Below are positions 52,229 through 64,000 of a DNA stretch of 64,000 nucleotides, piece by piece. The position numbers and the translations under genes are program-made. The notes under the pieces are model-generated. The model worked only from the letters and a program-made list of their open reading frames with translations, ran no database searches and had not been told where the DNA came from. This DNA comes from Prorocentrum cordatum (lineage: Eukaryota): positions 310,001 to 374,000 of the forward strand of contig CAUYUJ010000115.1 in NCBI GenBank assembly GCA_963575745.1. Direction: 5' to 3'. Position 1 is the first letter of the stretch. Each line of letters begins with the position of its first letter.

Positions 52229-52482
52229 TAACTAGTGTGTTGCGCCTTCTAGATTGCAGTGCGGCAGTACTGCTGCCGTATTAGGAATACTGCATTACTG
52301 GAGTATTGCTGCTACTCTACTGAGGAGTACGACTGCTACAGCCACAACTAGGGCACGAGTACTGCTACCTTGCTGAGCACTGCCACTGCCACTGTACTAC
52401 TGCTGTGCTATAACCGCTGCTGCAGTGCTGAGGCTACTACTTCTCTTACTGTTACTACTGCTACTGCTACGACGACTACGAT

Positions 52483-52535
<53 letters not shown>

Positions 52536-52547
52536 ATACTACGAGTG

Positions 52548-52581
<34 letters not shown>

Positions 52582-52609
52582 GACTACTACTACTACTACT
52601 ACTACTACG

Positions 52610-52655
<46 letters not shown>

Positions 52656-52740
52656 TACTACTAACTACTTACTACTACTCTACTACTACTACTTACTACT
52701 ACTACTACTACTACTACTACCACTACTACTACTACTACTA

Positions 52741-52791
<51 letters not shown>

Positions 52792-52838
52792 CACTACTAC
52801 TACTACTACGACTACTACTACTACTACTACTACTACTA

Positions 52839-52885
<47 letters not shown>

Positions 52886-52923
52886 GACTACGACTACGAC
52901 TACGACATACGACTACGACTACG

Positions 52924-52988
<65 letters not shown>

Positions 52989-52993
52989 GACTA

Positions 52994-53025
<32 letters not shown>

Positions 53026-53141
53026 ACGACTACGACTACGACTACGACTACGACTACGACTACGACTACGACTACGACTACGACTACGACTACGACTACG
53101 ACTACGACTACGACTACGACTACGACTACTACTACTACCAG

Positions 53142-53213
<72 letters not shown>

Positions 53214-53248
53214 GACTACGACTACTACTACTACTACTACGACCAGTG

Positions 53249-53282
<34 letters not shown>

Positions 53283-53526
53283 CACTGCTAGTACGACAAC
53301 TACTTCGTGTATTACAACACGAAAAATACTTTAGTATATCCGGCTTAGGGTGCTACTACATCACTGGCATACCATCATACCGCGATACATTTCATCACAT
53401 GACACACTCACATCTCGACAACTACCACTACACTACTACAGTGCAGCGAGTTCTGCAACCACTAATACTACAGTACTGCTGTTGCAATACTGTCGTACTA
53501 CGGTGTCGCTGCTACAGCCACTACTA

Positions 53527-53617
<91 letters not shown>

Positions 53618-53655
53618 GCTACTACTACTACTACTACGACTACTACTACTACTGC
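51350..53655. repeat. Long (TAG)n tract switching to its reverse complement (CTA)n / (CTACGA)n
   Basis: TAG on the plus strand at 51352-51840, inversion point 'agtagtagt|actactaat' at 51840, then CTA to ~53650. Confidence 0.95.
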
Positions 53656-54349
53656 CACAATGATAAAGCTCGATTACTACTACTATTTTTCTACAGCCCC
53701 ACTGCAGACTACAAGGGTACCGGTGCCGCCAAAACTGGTGCTACCACAATGCTAAATGACTACTACTACGACTACCGGGCTTCTCGTCTACAGCACTGCC
53801 GCACTAGAGTCCTAATACTAGAACACGACTGAACGATTCGCACAGCCATCATTACAATAGTAGTACGACCACTGCACCAGATTGCAACTACGACTACAGT
53901 CCTACTGCAGTACAACCGCACTATAATTCTACGGATGCAATATTACTAGGGCACGGCGGTGCTAAAGTACTGCTACTGTGCTTGAACACTCCGAACTTAG
54001 AGCTCGACTGCTACGACGGCCAATATTAGAGCACTACAAGTACAGTGATCTGGCGCCAATACTGCAGTACTACTGATACAGTGCTGTACTACGACCATGT
54101 CACGTCACCACTACAGCACTACAATACTTGAGTACTTCAACAGAACTACAGTACTACGGTATTGAATTACTCCTGCTACAATACTGCAATACGTTGACTG
54201 CAGGCATAGGAAGAGTATTACTCCTAAGCGCACTGTACATGAATACTGCTTCCGCAGCTCCACTACTCCAATGATTCAGCATTGCTCCTACCTATACGAC
54301 CACCTTTCGGGTGATAAAAAGGTCGCGTGTGTGGGGGGGAACAAAAGTC

Positions 54350-55130
54350 TGACTCAATCGATATCACTATCGTTCACACTACCGATCTCACTGTCGATCT
54401 CATTGGTCCCACCATCGATCTCACCGTCGATCTCACGATCGATCCCACTATCGATATCACTATCGATCTAACGATCAACTTCACGATCGATCATACGATC
54501 AATCTCACTCAACGAGACATCACGGGACACCTGTCGACCTCACTATCGATCTCACTATCGATCTAACGATCGATACCACTACCGATATCACTTTCAACGG
54601 GACACCACGGGACACCACGGGACACCTGTCGATTCCACGATCGATTTCGCCATCGATCTCACGATCGACATCACTATCGATCTCACTCTCAACGGAACAC
54701 CACGGGACACCACCGGACACCAATGGATACCACGGGACACCTGTCGATCTCACTATCGATCCCACGTTCGATCTCATTCAACAGGACACCACGGGACACC
54801 ACGGGACACCGCGGGACACCGCGAGCCACCGCGAGCCACCGCCGGACGGACGGACGGACGGACGGGCGGGCGGGGAAGAATCAGTTGTCTTGACTTCGCC
54901 CTAGCAACGGCGGGACACCACAGGACACCACGGGATACCACGGGACACCGCGGGACACCGCGAGCCACCGCCGGACGGACGGGCGTGGGAGAATCATTTG
55001 TCTTGACTTCGCCCTAGCAACGGCGGGACACCACGGGACACCACGGGACACCGCGGGACACCGCGAGCCACCGCCAGACGGGCGGGCGGGGGAGAATCAT
55101 TTGTCTTGACTTCGCCCTAGCAGCGGCGGG
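54350..55130. repeat. Composite repeat: TCGATCTCACTA units, CACGGGACAC units and three ~115-bp tandem units
   Basis: 'gagaatca.ttgtcttgacttcgccctagca' occurs three times (~54877, 54990, 55092). Confidence 0.85.
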
Positions 55131-55570
55131 TTCATTCCTCTCGCGCGCCCACGCAGCTTCGCCTCGCCCGCACGCACGACACGAACGAAACGAAACGATT
55201 TCCCGGTTGGGGGTCCCCGTCCCGCTGCGGTCTCACCCCCCCAACCTCCGATATTAGTACGACTACAGCGCTACAGTCCGAGGATACGGTTGCTGCACTC
55301 GAATACATCAGTTGTGTGCTACTTCTACTACACGACAACATTGCAATTACAAAAGCAAGCACTAAATTATACCAGTTACTACAATACTCGAGCACGACTG
55401 CTACACCTGCAGGTGTGCGACAATGCTGATACTTCACGACTGCAATATGAACTCGGCAGTTCGAGGGTGCTACAGTAGAAACACATTCTGATGTTTAGCC
55501 ATACTACTACTGCTACTACTACTGCTACAACAACAACAGCAACTACTACTACTACTACTACTACTACAAC

Positions 55571-55603
<33 letters not shown>

Positions 55604-55881
55604 GACGACGACGACTACTACTACTTCTACTACTAGTACTACTACGATGACAGTCAGTACTAGAGCACTGCTGCTACAATAACACGAGCAATATTACCAC
55701 ATACTATTGCACTACTCTTCGTACAGGACAGGACTTTAGAGAAAGAGTACCACCACTTTCATATTCAAGTACTAAAGTGAGGAAGCACTGGGGTGCCACT
55801 GCACCAGGGCTACAGGACATTCAGTACAGGCAATACTGAGGAGAACGACTACTACTACTACTGCTACTGCTACTACTACTG

Positions 55882-55916
<35 letters not shown>

Positions 55917-56149
55917 GTTGCTGCTGCGCTGCTACAGCGACTACTACTACGGTACTGCTACAATACTGCTGCAATCGCACCCTCATACGTTTTGAGTGCT
56001 ACTATAATACTACTATCACACTGCTACAATACGAATGCGGCGCGACAGTACAGTAATGGTACGATGCGAAGGAAGCGGCCCTGGGAGGGAAAGGGGAGGG
56101 GAGGTGGGTTCCCCTCCAGGCCTGGCGGCCACAAAGGGAGGAGGAAGGA

Positions 56150-56400
56150 TGCGATCGCAATGCAACGCAATGCGATTGCAACGCTCGTCTTCAATGCAAC
56201 GCGATTGCAACGCAATGCGACTGCAACGCAACGCAATGGAATGCGATTGCGATGGAATGCAATCGCAATGCGCTGCGATTGCAATGCAACGCGATTGCAA
56301 TGCAGTGCAATGCGACTGCAACGCAATGCGAATGTTATGCGATGGGGAAGGTGCAATCGGACGGGTGTTGCAAGGCGAATGAAATGCAAAACGCATGCAA
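56150..56400. repeat. (GCAAT/GCAAC/GCGAT) pentamer satellite
   Basis: Direct reading of the sequence. Confidence 0.85.
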
Positions 56401-56654
56401 TGTTGTAGCGCGCGGTGGCGTGAGCATCAGAGTCCCCTGTCTTCCGCGCACCCCGCTCCCCACGAGTGGTGAGTGTGGTGGTGGTGGTGGTGGTGGTGGT
56501 GGTTGTGGTGGTGGTTGTGGAATGTGTATGTGTGTGCGTTGTGTCCGCGGGGGGGCGGTGAAAGAAATACATAAATACATATATATATATACACACTATC
56601 CTGGTGAAGAACCCAACCATCTGCAGTTGTGGGCACCGTCGTTGTATGCACCGC

Positions 56655-58250
56655 ATTCGGTGGGGCTCCCTATGAAGCCGCGAAGCGTGTAAGGGGTTTG
56701 CCAAAATAGGCGCGGTGCGCCCGTGCGAACATTAGCAATTGGACCTTCGGTGGGGCTCCCTATGGGGCCGCGAAGCGTGTGAAATCGGCGCGGTGGGCGC
56801 ATGCGAACGCTGGCATTTGAGCCTTCGGTGAGGCCCCCTCTGGGGCCACAGAACCTGTGGGGTGTGTGCTTGAATGGGTGCGTGGGCGCGTGCGAACGCT
56901 GGCTTTTGGGTTTTGGGTGGGGCTCGGTATGGGGCCACGAAACGTTCGAGGGGTGTGCAACAATGGGCGCGGTGGGTGCATGCGAACGCTGGCATGTAAG
57001 CCTCCGGTGGGGTTCTCTGTAGGGTAACCAAACGTGCGATGGCGCGCCACAGTGGAAGGGGGGGCAGGCGCATGCGAACGTTTGCAATTGGGCCTTCGGT
57101 AGGGCTCCCTGCGGGGCCACGTAAGGTGTGAAGGGTGTGCCAAAATTGGCGCGGTGGGCGCATGCGAACGCTGGCATTTGGGTCTTCGGTGGCGCTCGCT
57201 ATGGGGCCACGAAACGTGTGAGGGACGTGCCAAAATTGGTGCGGTGAGCGCATGCGAGCACTGGCATTTGAGCCTTCGGTGGGGCTCCAGGTGGGGCCAC
57301 GAAACGTGTGAGGGGTGTGCCTACATGGGTGCGGTGGGCGCGTTCGACCGGGCCTTCGGTGGGTTTCCCTGTAGGGCCACAAAACGTGTGAAGGGTATGC
57401 AAACATGGGCGCGGTGGGCGCAAAGCGAACGCTTGCGTTTGGGCCTTCGGTAGGGCTCCCTGCGGGGCCACGTAACGTGTGAGGGGTGTGCCAAAATGGG
57501 CGCGGTGGGCGCATGCGAGCGCTGGCATTTGGGCCCTCGGTGGCGCTCGCTATGGGGCCACGTAACGTGAGAGGGGCGTGCCAAACTGGGCGGGGTGCGC
57601 GCATGCGAACGCTTGCATTTGGGTAGGGTTCCCTGTGGGGCCACGGAACGTGCAAAGGGTGTGCCAAAATGGGCGCGGTGTGCGCATGCGAGCGCTGGCA
57701 TTTTGCCTTCGGCGGGGCTCCATCTCGGGCCAAGAAACGTGCGAACGGTGTGCCAACATGGGTGCGCTGTGCTTGCATGCGAACGCTGGCATGTTGGCCT
57801 TCGGTCAGGTTCCCTGTGGGGCCACGAAACGTGTGAAAGGGGTGCCTACATGGGTGCGGTGGGCGCGTGCGGCCGCTGGCATTTGGGCCTTCTGTGAGGT
57901 TCCCTGTGGGGCCACGGAACGTGTGAGGGGTATGCCAACATGGGCGCGGTGGGCGCATGCGACCGCTGGCGTTTGGGCCTTCTGTGGGGCTTCCTGTAGG
58001 AACACGGAACGTGTGAAGGGTATGCCAACATGGGCGCGGTGGGCGAATGCGAACGCTGGCGTTTCGGCATTCGGTGTGCCCCCCTGTGGGGCCGCAGAAC
58101 GTGTGAACGGTGTTCCAAATGAGTGCGATGGGAGCATGCGAGCGCTGGCATTTGGGCTTTCGGTGGGGCTCCCTGTGGGGACGTGTGATGGGTGTCCTTC
58201 TGTGGGGCTCGCTATGGGGCCACGAAACGTGTGAGGGGTGTGCTGAAACT
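56655..58250. repeat. ~90-bp tandem minisatellite, about 18 diverged copies
   Basis: Unit 'ggtggggctccctatggggccacgaaacgtgtgaggggtgtgccaaaatgggcgcggtgggcgcatgcgaacgctggcatttgggccttc'. Register marks at 57097, 57187, 57277. Confidence 0.95.
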
Positions 58251-60289
58251 GGTGATGACGATGATGATGGGGGAGGAGGAGGGAGGGGGCAGCGGAAGTG
58301 AGGTGGCGCGGGGCGCTGTCTCTTCAAAACGAGGACCCAATACCACAGGATGGTCGGGGGAATAAAAAAAAACTCCCGCGCGCACACGGATGGCGCACAC
58401 GTCGTTTTGAAAATGTGTTTTTATCGCATTGGCGCCACGCGCGTTCGATTTGAAAACCTGCATCAATGAGCTGCACCGATGGAGGTGGATGTCTTCAAAC
58501 TGTGATTGTCGCCCTGGCGCCGTGGATCTGAGTTTACACAAGTATGCAGCTGCTACGGGGATGAAAGGCGGCGTCTTTTCAAAATGGAGCTCTCGCGTTA
58601 GCGCCGCAAGCATTTCAATCATTGTAACAACCAACATAATACATGTATTTCTCGCTTGCGTATATATATATATATTATGTTTATGGAACACATCGCTGCA
58701 ACATTCTAGCGGGTGCACGGTTACAAGTTGGCTCCTATTCAAAGTTATGGTTGTCGCGTGGAATTGGCTCCTATTCAAAGTTATGGTTGTCGCGTGGAAT
58801 TCCTCGACGCTCGTTGCCATCGACGCAATTTTGCTCGACAGTTGTACGGACTGGGGCGTCCTTTTCTCCAACTCTGGATCTCCCTGGACACCTCATATTA
58901 CCTGCGTGATCATATCATCTGGCACTTCCTGGATTAAAGGCAGCTCCTGAATGTCAGGTCCATAGCTTCATGTAGCTGAAAGAACGCCTGCATGGACTCC
59001 CCAGACCTCATCTTTTTTCTTCGCTTTGCGAGAAACAGCCGCGGCGGGAATACTCTGGCAATTTTCGGCTTCTGGGGGTCCTCACCGGGCCCCATGACAG
59101 ACAACAACTGGCCTGGGGTGAAACACCAGTCTCTGAGAAGGGGTTGAGAAGGGGTCGTCCATTTTTGGGTCTAGTTCGTGAACAATCACAAAGTTGGAGT
59201 TCTACAGCGATTGCCGCGGAGGTTGCTGCGGGGATATCAGGGGGCATTAGTGTGGATGCTGAAGTGAATGTGCCCTATGTGGGAAGTGGGGCTCAACTGC
59301 CCGAATCAAGTGGCTGGAGGAGCTAAGGATCCGGGCTTCGCGTGCTCCGCCTGCTTCGCAGGAGTGATCCAACACACCTCGGCCACAACATGTTCCCCAC
59401 TTAGGAGCCACGTTTGGCCATCTGTCACCCGCATTCACTGATCCCCCCCATCCCCTCCGCAACTCCCGCAGTCATCCACGTGGAAATCTGGGAGGATCGG
59501 TGGTTTTCGGGCCATACCGCGGCCCTCGGGCGGCCGTTCGGGGCGATCCGGGCATCCCCAAAACACTCCAAGGCGAGGCACAGACGTTGGGGAGCACCCC
59601 GAGGCCAGAAAACCTACGATAACCGAAAAACAGCATCCGAAAACATTTGCGGGTGTCCGAAACCGTCCGCCGCCCGACGCTGCTAAGGGGGGCAGCCGCC
59701 CGTGAAGGGGACTGTTCAAACCAGGATCCTGCAGGATGGAAACAAGAAGCACGTCCTCCAGGGGGCGGACTAGCCCCTGGCGGCCCCTGGAAGGGGGAAC
59801 TACGAGACGGCGGGGACGACCTATCACGCGGATGGCGGCAGGCAGCGAGCAGGCGGTGGGCTCCCCCCTCTCGAATTTCCAGCTCCCTCCGTCCTCCTCG
59901 TCTTTCGCTGCCATTCCGCCCTCCTACTGACTCCTCCTCCTCCTCGTGGTGCGGCTTGTCATCTTTGTTTGATCCATCCTCTTCTTCGTCGTCATCCTCT
60001 TCCTGCTCCCGAGAGGAACGAAGGACGAGGAGGAGAACGAGGACGAGAGGGAGCAGTCGATCCTCTCCTCCTCCTCCTCCTCCTCCTCCTCCTCGTCGTC
60101 CTCCTCCTCCACTTCTCCCTCCCCTCCTCCTCCTCCTCCTCCTCCTCCTCCTCCTCCTCCTCCTCTTGCTCCTGCTCCTACTCGTCCTCCCTTCTCCTCA
60201 CTCTCCTCCTCCCCCTCCTCCTCCGCCTCCTCTTGCTCCTGCTCCTGCTCCTCATCCTCCACGTCCACCCCTTTCCCGAAAAAAAAAAT

Positions 60290-60565
60290 CCTCACTGTCG
60301 CACTCCGAAACCGGTCGAAAGAGCGGGCCCGGCGTTTCGCTTGAGACGGCCTCACCACTTATAACCCTGGAACATGAAACTTTACACCAGTTTCACAGAT
60401 GGTGGGCGGGTGGTTTTCAAAATGTGGCTCTCACCCTAGCGCCGCGCGCATTCGAGTCACAAGTTTTTACGAGTTGGAAGGATTGATGGCGCGCGTTTTT
60501 CAACATGTGGCGCTCGCCTGGGCGCCGCGCACATTCGTTCTAAAAAGTTGCAAATATGGCACGGA
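60290..60565. mobile_element. Truncated left arm of the 10.3-13.2-kb foldback family
   Basis: 'ctgtcgcactccga...gcgggcccggcgtttcgcttgagacggcctcaccact' followed by subrepeats 'gggcgggtggttttcaaaatgtggctctc'. More diverged subrepeats at 58385-58615. Confidence 0.75.
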
Positions 60566-60645
60566 CTCTCATGGTTAACATACCAGAAATGCGGTTTCTG
60601 ACCAGATTCATGATTGTCAGGATCGCCAGGACTTTACAAACATGT

Positions 60646-61671
60646 TTAAGCGTGGCGTGTAAGTCGTGGGAATGTTGTTTTGGCACGCTTCAGGATTCTT
60701 ACACGCTTGCCCCCTAACGGGGCAACTCCCTCAGTGAAAATGAAACCTTGTAGGGGCCTGTTGCGAGGGATCTTGGAGGAAGGGTGTATTCCAATATCGT
60801 TGATGAATCTTGGGCTTGCACTGGTCCTCCCCCTCCTTCTCGCCCTCCGCGCTTCCCTATACCCCCCTCCCATGCTGTCTCTCCTGCGGAACTCGCCCAA
60901 GCCCTCCTCCATCGCGCAGTTCCCCAGCAAACTGTGGGGCTCCTGGCTGCCGCAGAGCAGCTCCAGGCCGGGCGGCGGGATCGAGGGCCTCCTCGGCACC
61001 ACGATGGTGAGCTCACTGCAGAGCGGGCCGCTGTCCCGCGGCTCTCGCGCCCCGCGGCCAGCGCTGCGATTGCCCGATACCTGCTGCGCCGCCGGGCTCT
61101 CCTCCTCCTCCTCCTTCTCCCCCCGCTCGCCATGAAGCAAGCGGGTCCTGAGGGAAACGGCACCGAGCTTGCCCTTGCCGGCCTTCCTCCTCGCGCTGCT
61201 GCCGCCACTGCCGGCGGGCACCACCGCACGCTCGGCCTGCACAGGCGCTGAGCTGCTCATCGACCGCTGCGCTTCCGCACCGCCGTTGGCACCTACAGAT
61301 CCTCGCGGAACTCGCTCTCTGTCTACCGCACCCTGCTCAGACATCCCAGTCGCCTTCAGAGTGACTGGCGCCCCCTCGAGCACGCGATTGTGAAGGGTGG
61401 CCAAGGCGTTCAGGGCCCCCTCGCGCGTGGCGTACACGACATGGCCCATGCCTGCGGACCGCGCGCCGTCGAGGCGGAAGAGCACGACCTTCTCCACCTG
61501 GCCAGCCGCCGCAAAGAACGACCGCAACCTCTGCTCTGACGTCTCGAAATTCGCCCCGGTGAAAAAGAGCCGCTCGACCTTCTCCGCTCCTCCGTAGCCC
61601 TTCTCGTCGTGACGTCCTTCTCCTTTCCTCCGTCCCTCTTTTGTCGTGGCTCCGGCGCTCTGCGCGGACAT
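60646..61671 (-). CDS. RNA recognition motif (RRM) protein, intronless, probable retrocopy
   Basis: RNP2-like RLFFTGANFETSEQRLRSFF and RNP1-like SAGMGHVVY...ALATLHNRVLEGAPVTLK (61354-61572). ATG at 61671 lies within an uninterrupted frame. The C-terminal part is of uncertain reality. Confidence 0.75.
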   Translation of the reverse strand: MSAQSAGATTKEGRRKGEGRHDEKGYGGAEKVERLFFTGANFETSEQRLRSFFAAAGQVEKVVLFRLDGARSAGMGHVVYATREGALNALATLHNRVLEGAPVTLKATGMSEQGAVDRERVPRGSVGANGGAEAQRSMSSSAPVQAERAVVPAGSGGSSARRKAGKGKLGAVSLRTRLLHGERGEKEEEEESPAAQQVSGNRSAGRGAREPRDSGPLCSELTIVVPRRPSIPPPGLELLCGSQEPHSLLGNCAMEEGLGEFRRRDSMGGGYREARRARRRGRTSASPRFINDIGIHPSSKIPRNRPLQGFIFTEGVAPLGGKRVRILKRAKTTFPRLTRHA

Positions 61672-61694
61672 CCTGTGCGTCGACGTACGAGGCA

Positions 61695-61726
61695 CCTGCT
61701 CCAGAATGGCTGGAGCCAGAAGATGC
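61695..61726 (-). other. Two tandem degenerate dinoflagellate spliced-leader relics
   Basis: Minus strand reads gcatcttctggctccag ccattctggagcagg, compared with the relic consensus CCATTTTGGCTCAAG; 23 nt upstream of the RRM ATG. Confidence 0.55.
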
Positions 61727-62939
61727 TGTGGACGCCGACGATGACATCGACGACGCTCCGCATACCTCTCGCAGGGAGCGTCCTGAACCAGGCCTCCGAT
61801 GCGAATCCAGCCGTGGCGACAACTGACCTCGACGATCGGGGACCAGGCTCGGCTCTTGGGGGCGCGAACTTGCCCGACGGGGCCGTCAGAAAGATGACGG
61901 GACCTAGTCTGAGACTCGACGCGAACTTGCGATGCAAATATCATAGCCGGCAAACGCCGGACCGTCAGAATCCACGCTGGGACGGTCAACAAACGGCGTC
62001 AAACACGAGGCCCCGCAAACTGGAGACGTATGTTTCCCCGGCACGAGGAATCCCGAGAAGCCGAAGACGAGAAGAACACATCGGTGAAGTCATGTGTTCA
62101 CACTCCGAGTGCAGGGCGGCCTGCTGCCAGGCTCGAGTCCAGCACGCGGGGGGCCAAACGCATCCGAAGGAAAGAATGGAAAGGCCTCCCGCCGCAGCAG
62201 CGCCCCGAGGCAACATGTAGAGAACGTTTTTCTTTTGAGGGGCGAAAGAAAGCCTTCAGAGGGCGTCGAAGGTTCTGGCAAGTTTTGGGCCGCTCTGCAG
62301 GCAGGGATTTTGGAGGGCGTCGGGGGATCCGCTGGGACTGCCAGGAGGGATGGGGAGGATTGGGCACCATGAACATGAGCCGCGAGGAAACTGATCTGGA
62401 GAGGGAGGAGGAGGCGACATAGGGGGAACATTGAGGGAAAGGCGTCCCCTGCAGCCCCGCGGAGGGGCGACAAGAGAGAGGCCAACCCAATGGAGGGTAA
62501 CGTCTGCTGGAGAATGCACGCAGGGCGTCTGCCAAACGATCCCGTCGTGACCGGTTAGGGAAGCAGATCCAAACCACCGCGAAATCTGAAGCGAGCTCAG
62601 AAGCTGAAGATCAATTACAGGCTCAAGCTGAAACACAAATTACAGGCTGGAAGAACATCACACTTCGAGGCGCCAATCCACTAAATCGCTTAGTGGGCAA
62701 GCGCGGACACTCCTGCAAATGCGGGCTCAATGATGAAAGCGAATGCTCACACTGAAATAGGTTACCTGCAGCGCGGACCTGAACGCGACGGATGACTACC
62801 ATTACGCAGCCAACAAAACTAAGGCCGATTCGAAAACTGAACTAGACCGGAAACATGACTTACGACTGAAGCTAAAACGAAGACGAACAACGGCAACACA
62901 TGCGAAGGCGGAATTCAAAATTCGCTATAACTGGCTGAT

Positions 62940-63155
62940 GCCCGGCCCCAACGGCCGCCGCTGGGGAGGCGACTTGTTGGCCCCAGGTGGACACCGTCCG
63001 CGGCGCCACCGACAGCGAGCAGGAACCGCTGTCGATCTTCGTCCCGTTCTCTTGTTCATGTCGTGGGCCCCTGGAGGCCTCGACCCAATCTCCAAGACGG
63101 GCTCTTCATCCTGCGCCGTTTTTGACAGCCCCGGGGCCTGGCAGCGGCCCCCCAG
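62940..63155. repeat. Dispersed repeat family
   Basis: 'ggcctcgacccaatctccaagacgggctcttcatcctgcgccgtttttgacagccccgggg' resembles 2440-2510 and the reverse complement of 14990-15070. Confidence 0.6.
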
Positions 63156-64000
63156 GGCCGAGCACTCTACACACCATCCGTCCTGATCTTGGAACTGCGA
63201 CGGGGGTCTGGGTCTGAGTGGCCCTGGAAACAACAAGGCCATTGTGCTTTACGATTTTCGTTGTTTTGCTGATTTCATTCCCAACGCCTTCTTGATTGAC
63301 GTTTTCGGCGCCGTTGATTTATCTGTTCCGTTTGTTGTTCGCTTCCTTGTGGGGCTCCTGGTCCACATCATCGTTTTTTGACCAGATCCGACGCGTTTTC
63401 GAACAGGTTCCGAACGTCCTTCGGATCCCAGACGGTCCAGACTTTTTCGCTTCAAAGTGTGAACATAGCACTTGCCGTTTCCACTATCAAGGAACTCTGG
63501 AGAAACGGCGGAAGACTACCCTGCCTTTTCCAGGGCCCACTAAAGTCTGCGCATCTCGACAGTGCTCCTCGGGCGAAAAACACATCACCTCCTGGGCCCC
63601 TGGGCCGCGACCTCGCTGATACGGGGCGTTGTTTTGCGGATGCCCTGCGCGAGACGTACATCCGTGCGACCGTGTACCCGCGGGCTCTCGCCCCAGCATC
63701 CAGACCGCGAAAGCGCGGGCATGGATAATTTTGGCCGCTCGTGCTCCTTTGGAGGCGGCCAGGGGGTCTGAACTGGATTGGCCCCGAGAAAATCTGTCAA
63801 AACGGGGGGGGGGGCATGCGGGCAAATCTGTTCAAAATTGGTCCCCAGACCCCTCCCCGCATCCATCCATCTGATGCAAATTCCTCCCCGGATCTGTTTC
63901 GCGACGGCCCAGGAGCCCGAAGCGGCCCCGATGCAGAAAAAGGCAAGAGACTTTCCGCACCCAGAACCTCAGACCTCACCCCCCCCTCAACCCTCCGGGC

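Noticed and set aside
51441..53832. Poly-Val, poly-Thr, poly-Tyr and poly-Leu ORFs; possible telomere
   Set aside because: These are translations of a trinucleotide tract, and no TTTAGGG or TTAGGG arrays are present.
56732..58387. 551-aa repeat protein
   Set aside because: It is a translation of the 90-bp satellite, and indels between units shift the frames.
61672..61992. N-terminal extension of the RRM ORF from a TTG start
   Set aside because: It overlaps the leader relics and a dispersed repeat; the ATG at 61671 is the more plausible start.

Overview
This is a GC-rich, extremely repeat-dense eukaryotic window. It is most consistent with a dinoflagellate nuclear genome (Prorocentrum-like; inferred from the repeat and retroelement types and a spliced-leader relic). 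Almost all ORFs in the supplied track are artefacts of GC richness and of (GAG)n, (GAT)n, (TAG/CTA)n and (CT)n microsatellites. Supported content: (1) three decayed non-LTR retrotransposons, namely an APE+RT LINE on the minus strand (~18.7-22.55 kb), a CRE-like zinc finger/RT/restriction-like endonuclease element on the plus strand (~33.5-40.35 kb) that is interrupted twice by TIR elements whose removal restores the reading frame, and an APE/RT LINE remnant (~44.5-47.7 kb); (2) a 2.9-kb asymmetric foldback element built of tandem subrepeats with a ~590-bp higher-order repeat (10.3-13.2 kb); (3) a 3-kb compound TIR element carrying an unidentified ORF; (4) several MITE families, some nested with recognisable target-site duplications and some wrapped around (GAG)n tracts; (5) two 90-bp tandem arrays; (6) a large inverted (TAG)n/(CTA)n tract; (7) an intronless RRM gene preceded by two degenerate tandem spliced-leader relics, a probable retrocopy. 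No rRNA, tRNA, CRISPR array or prokaryotic operon is supported. All family assignments come from motif recognition by eye, with no database search.
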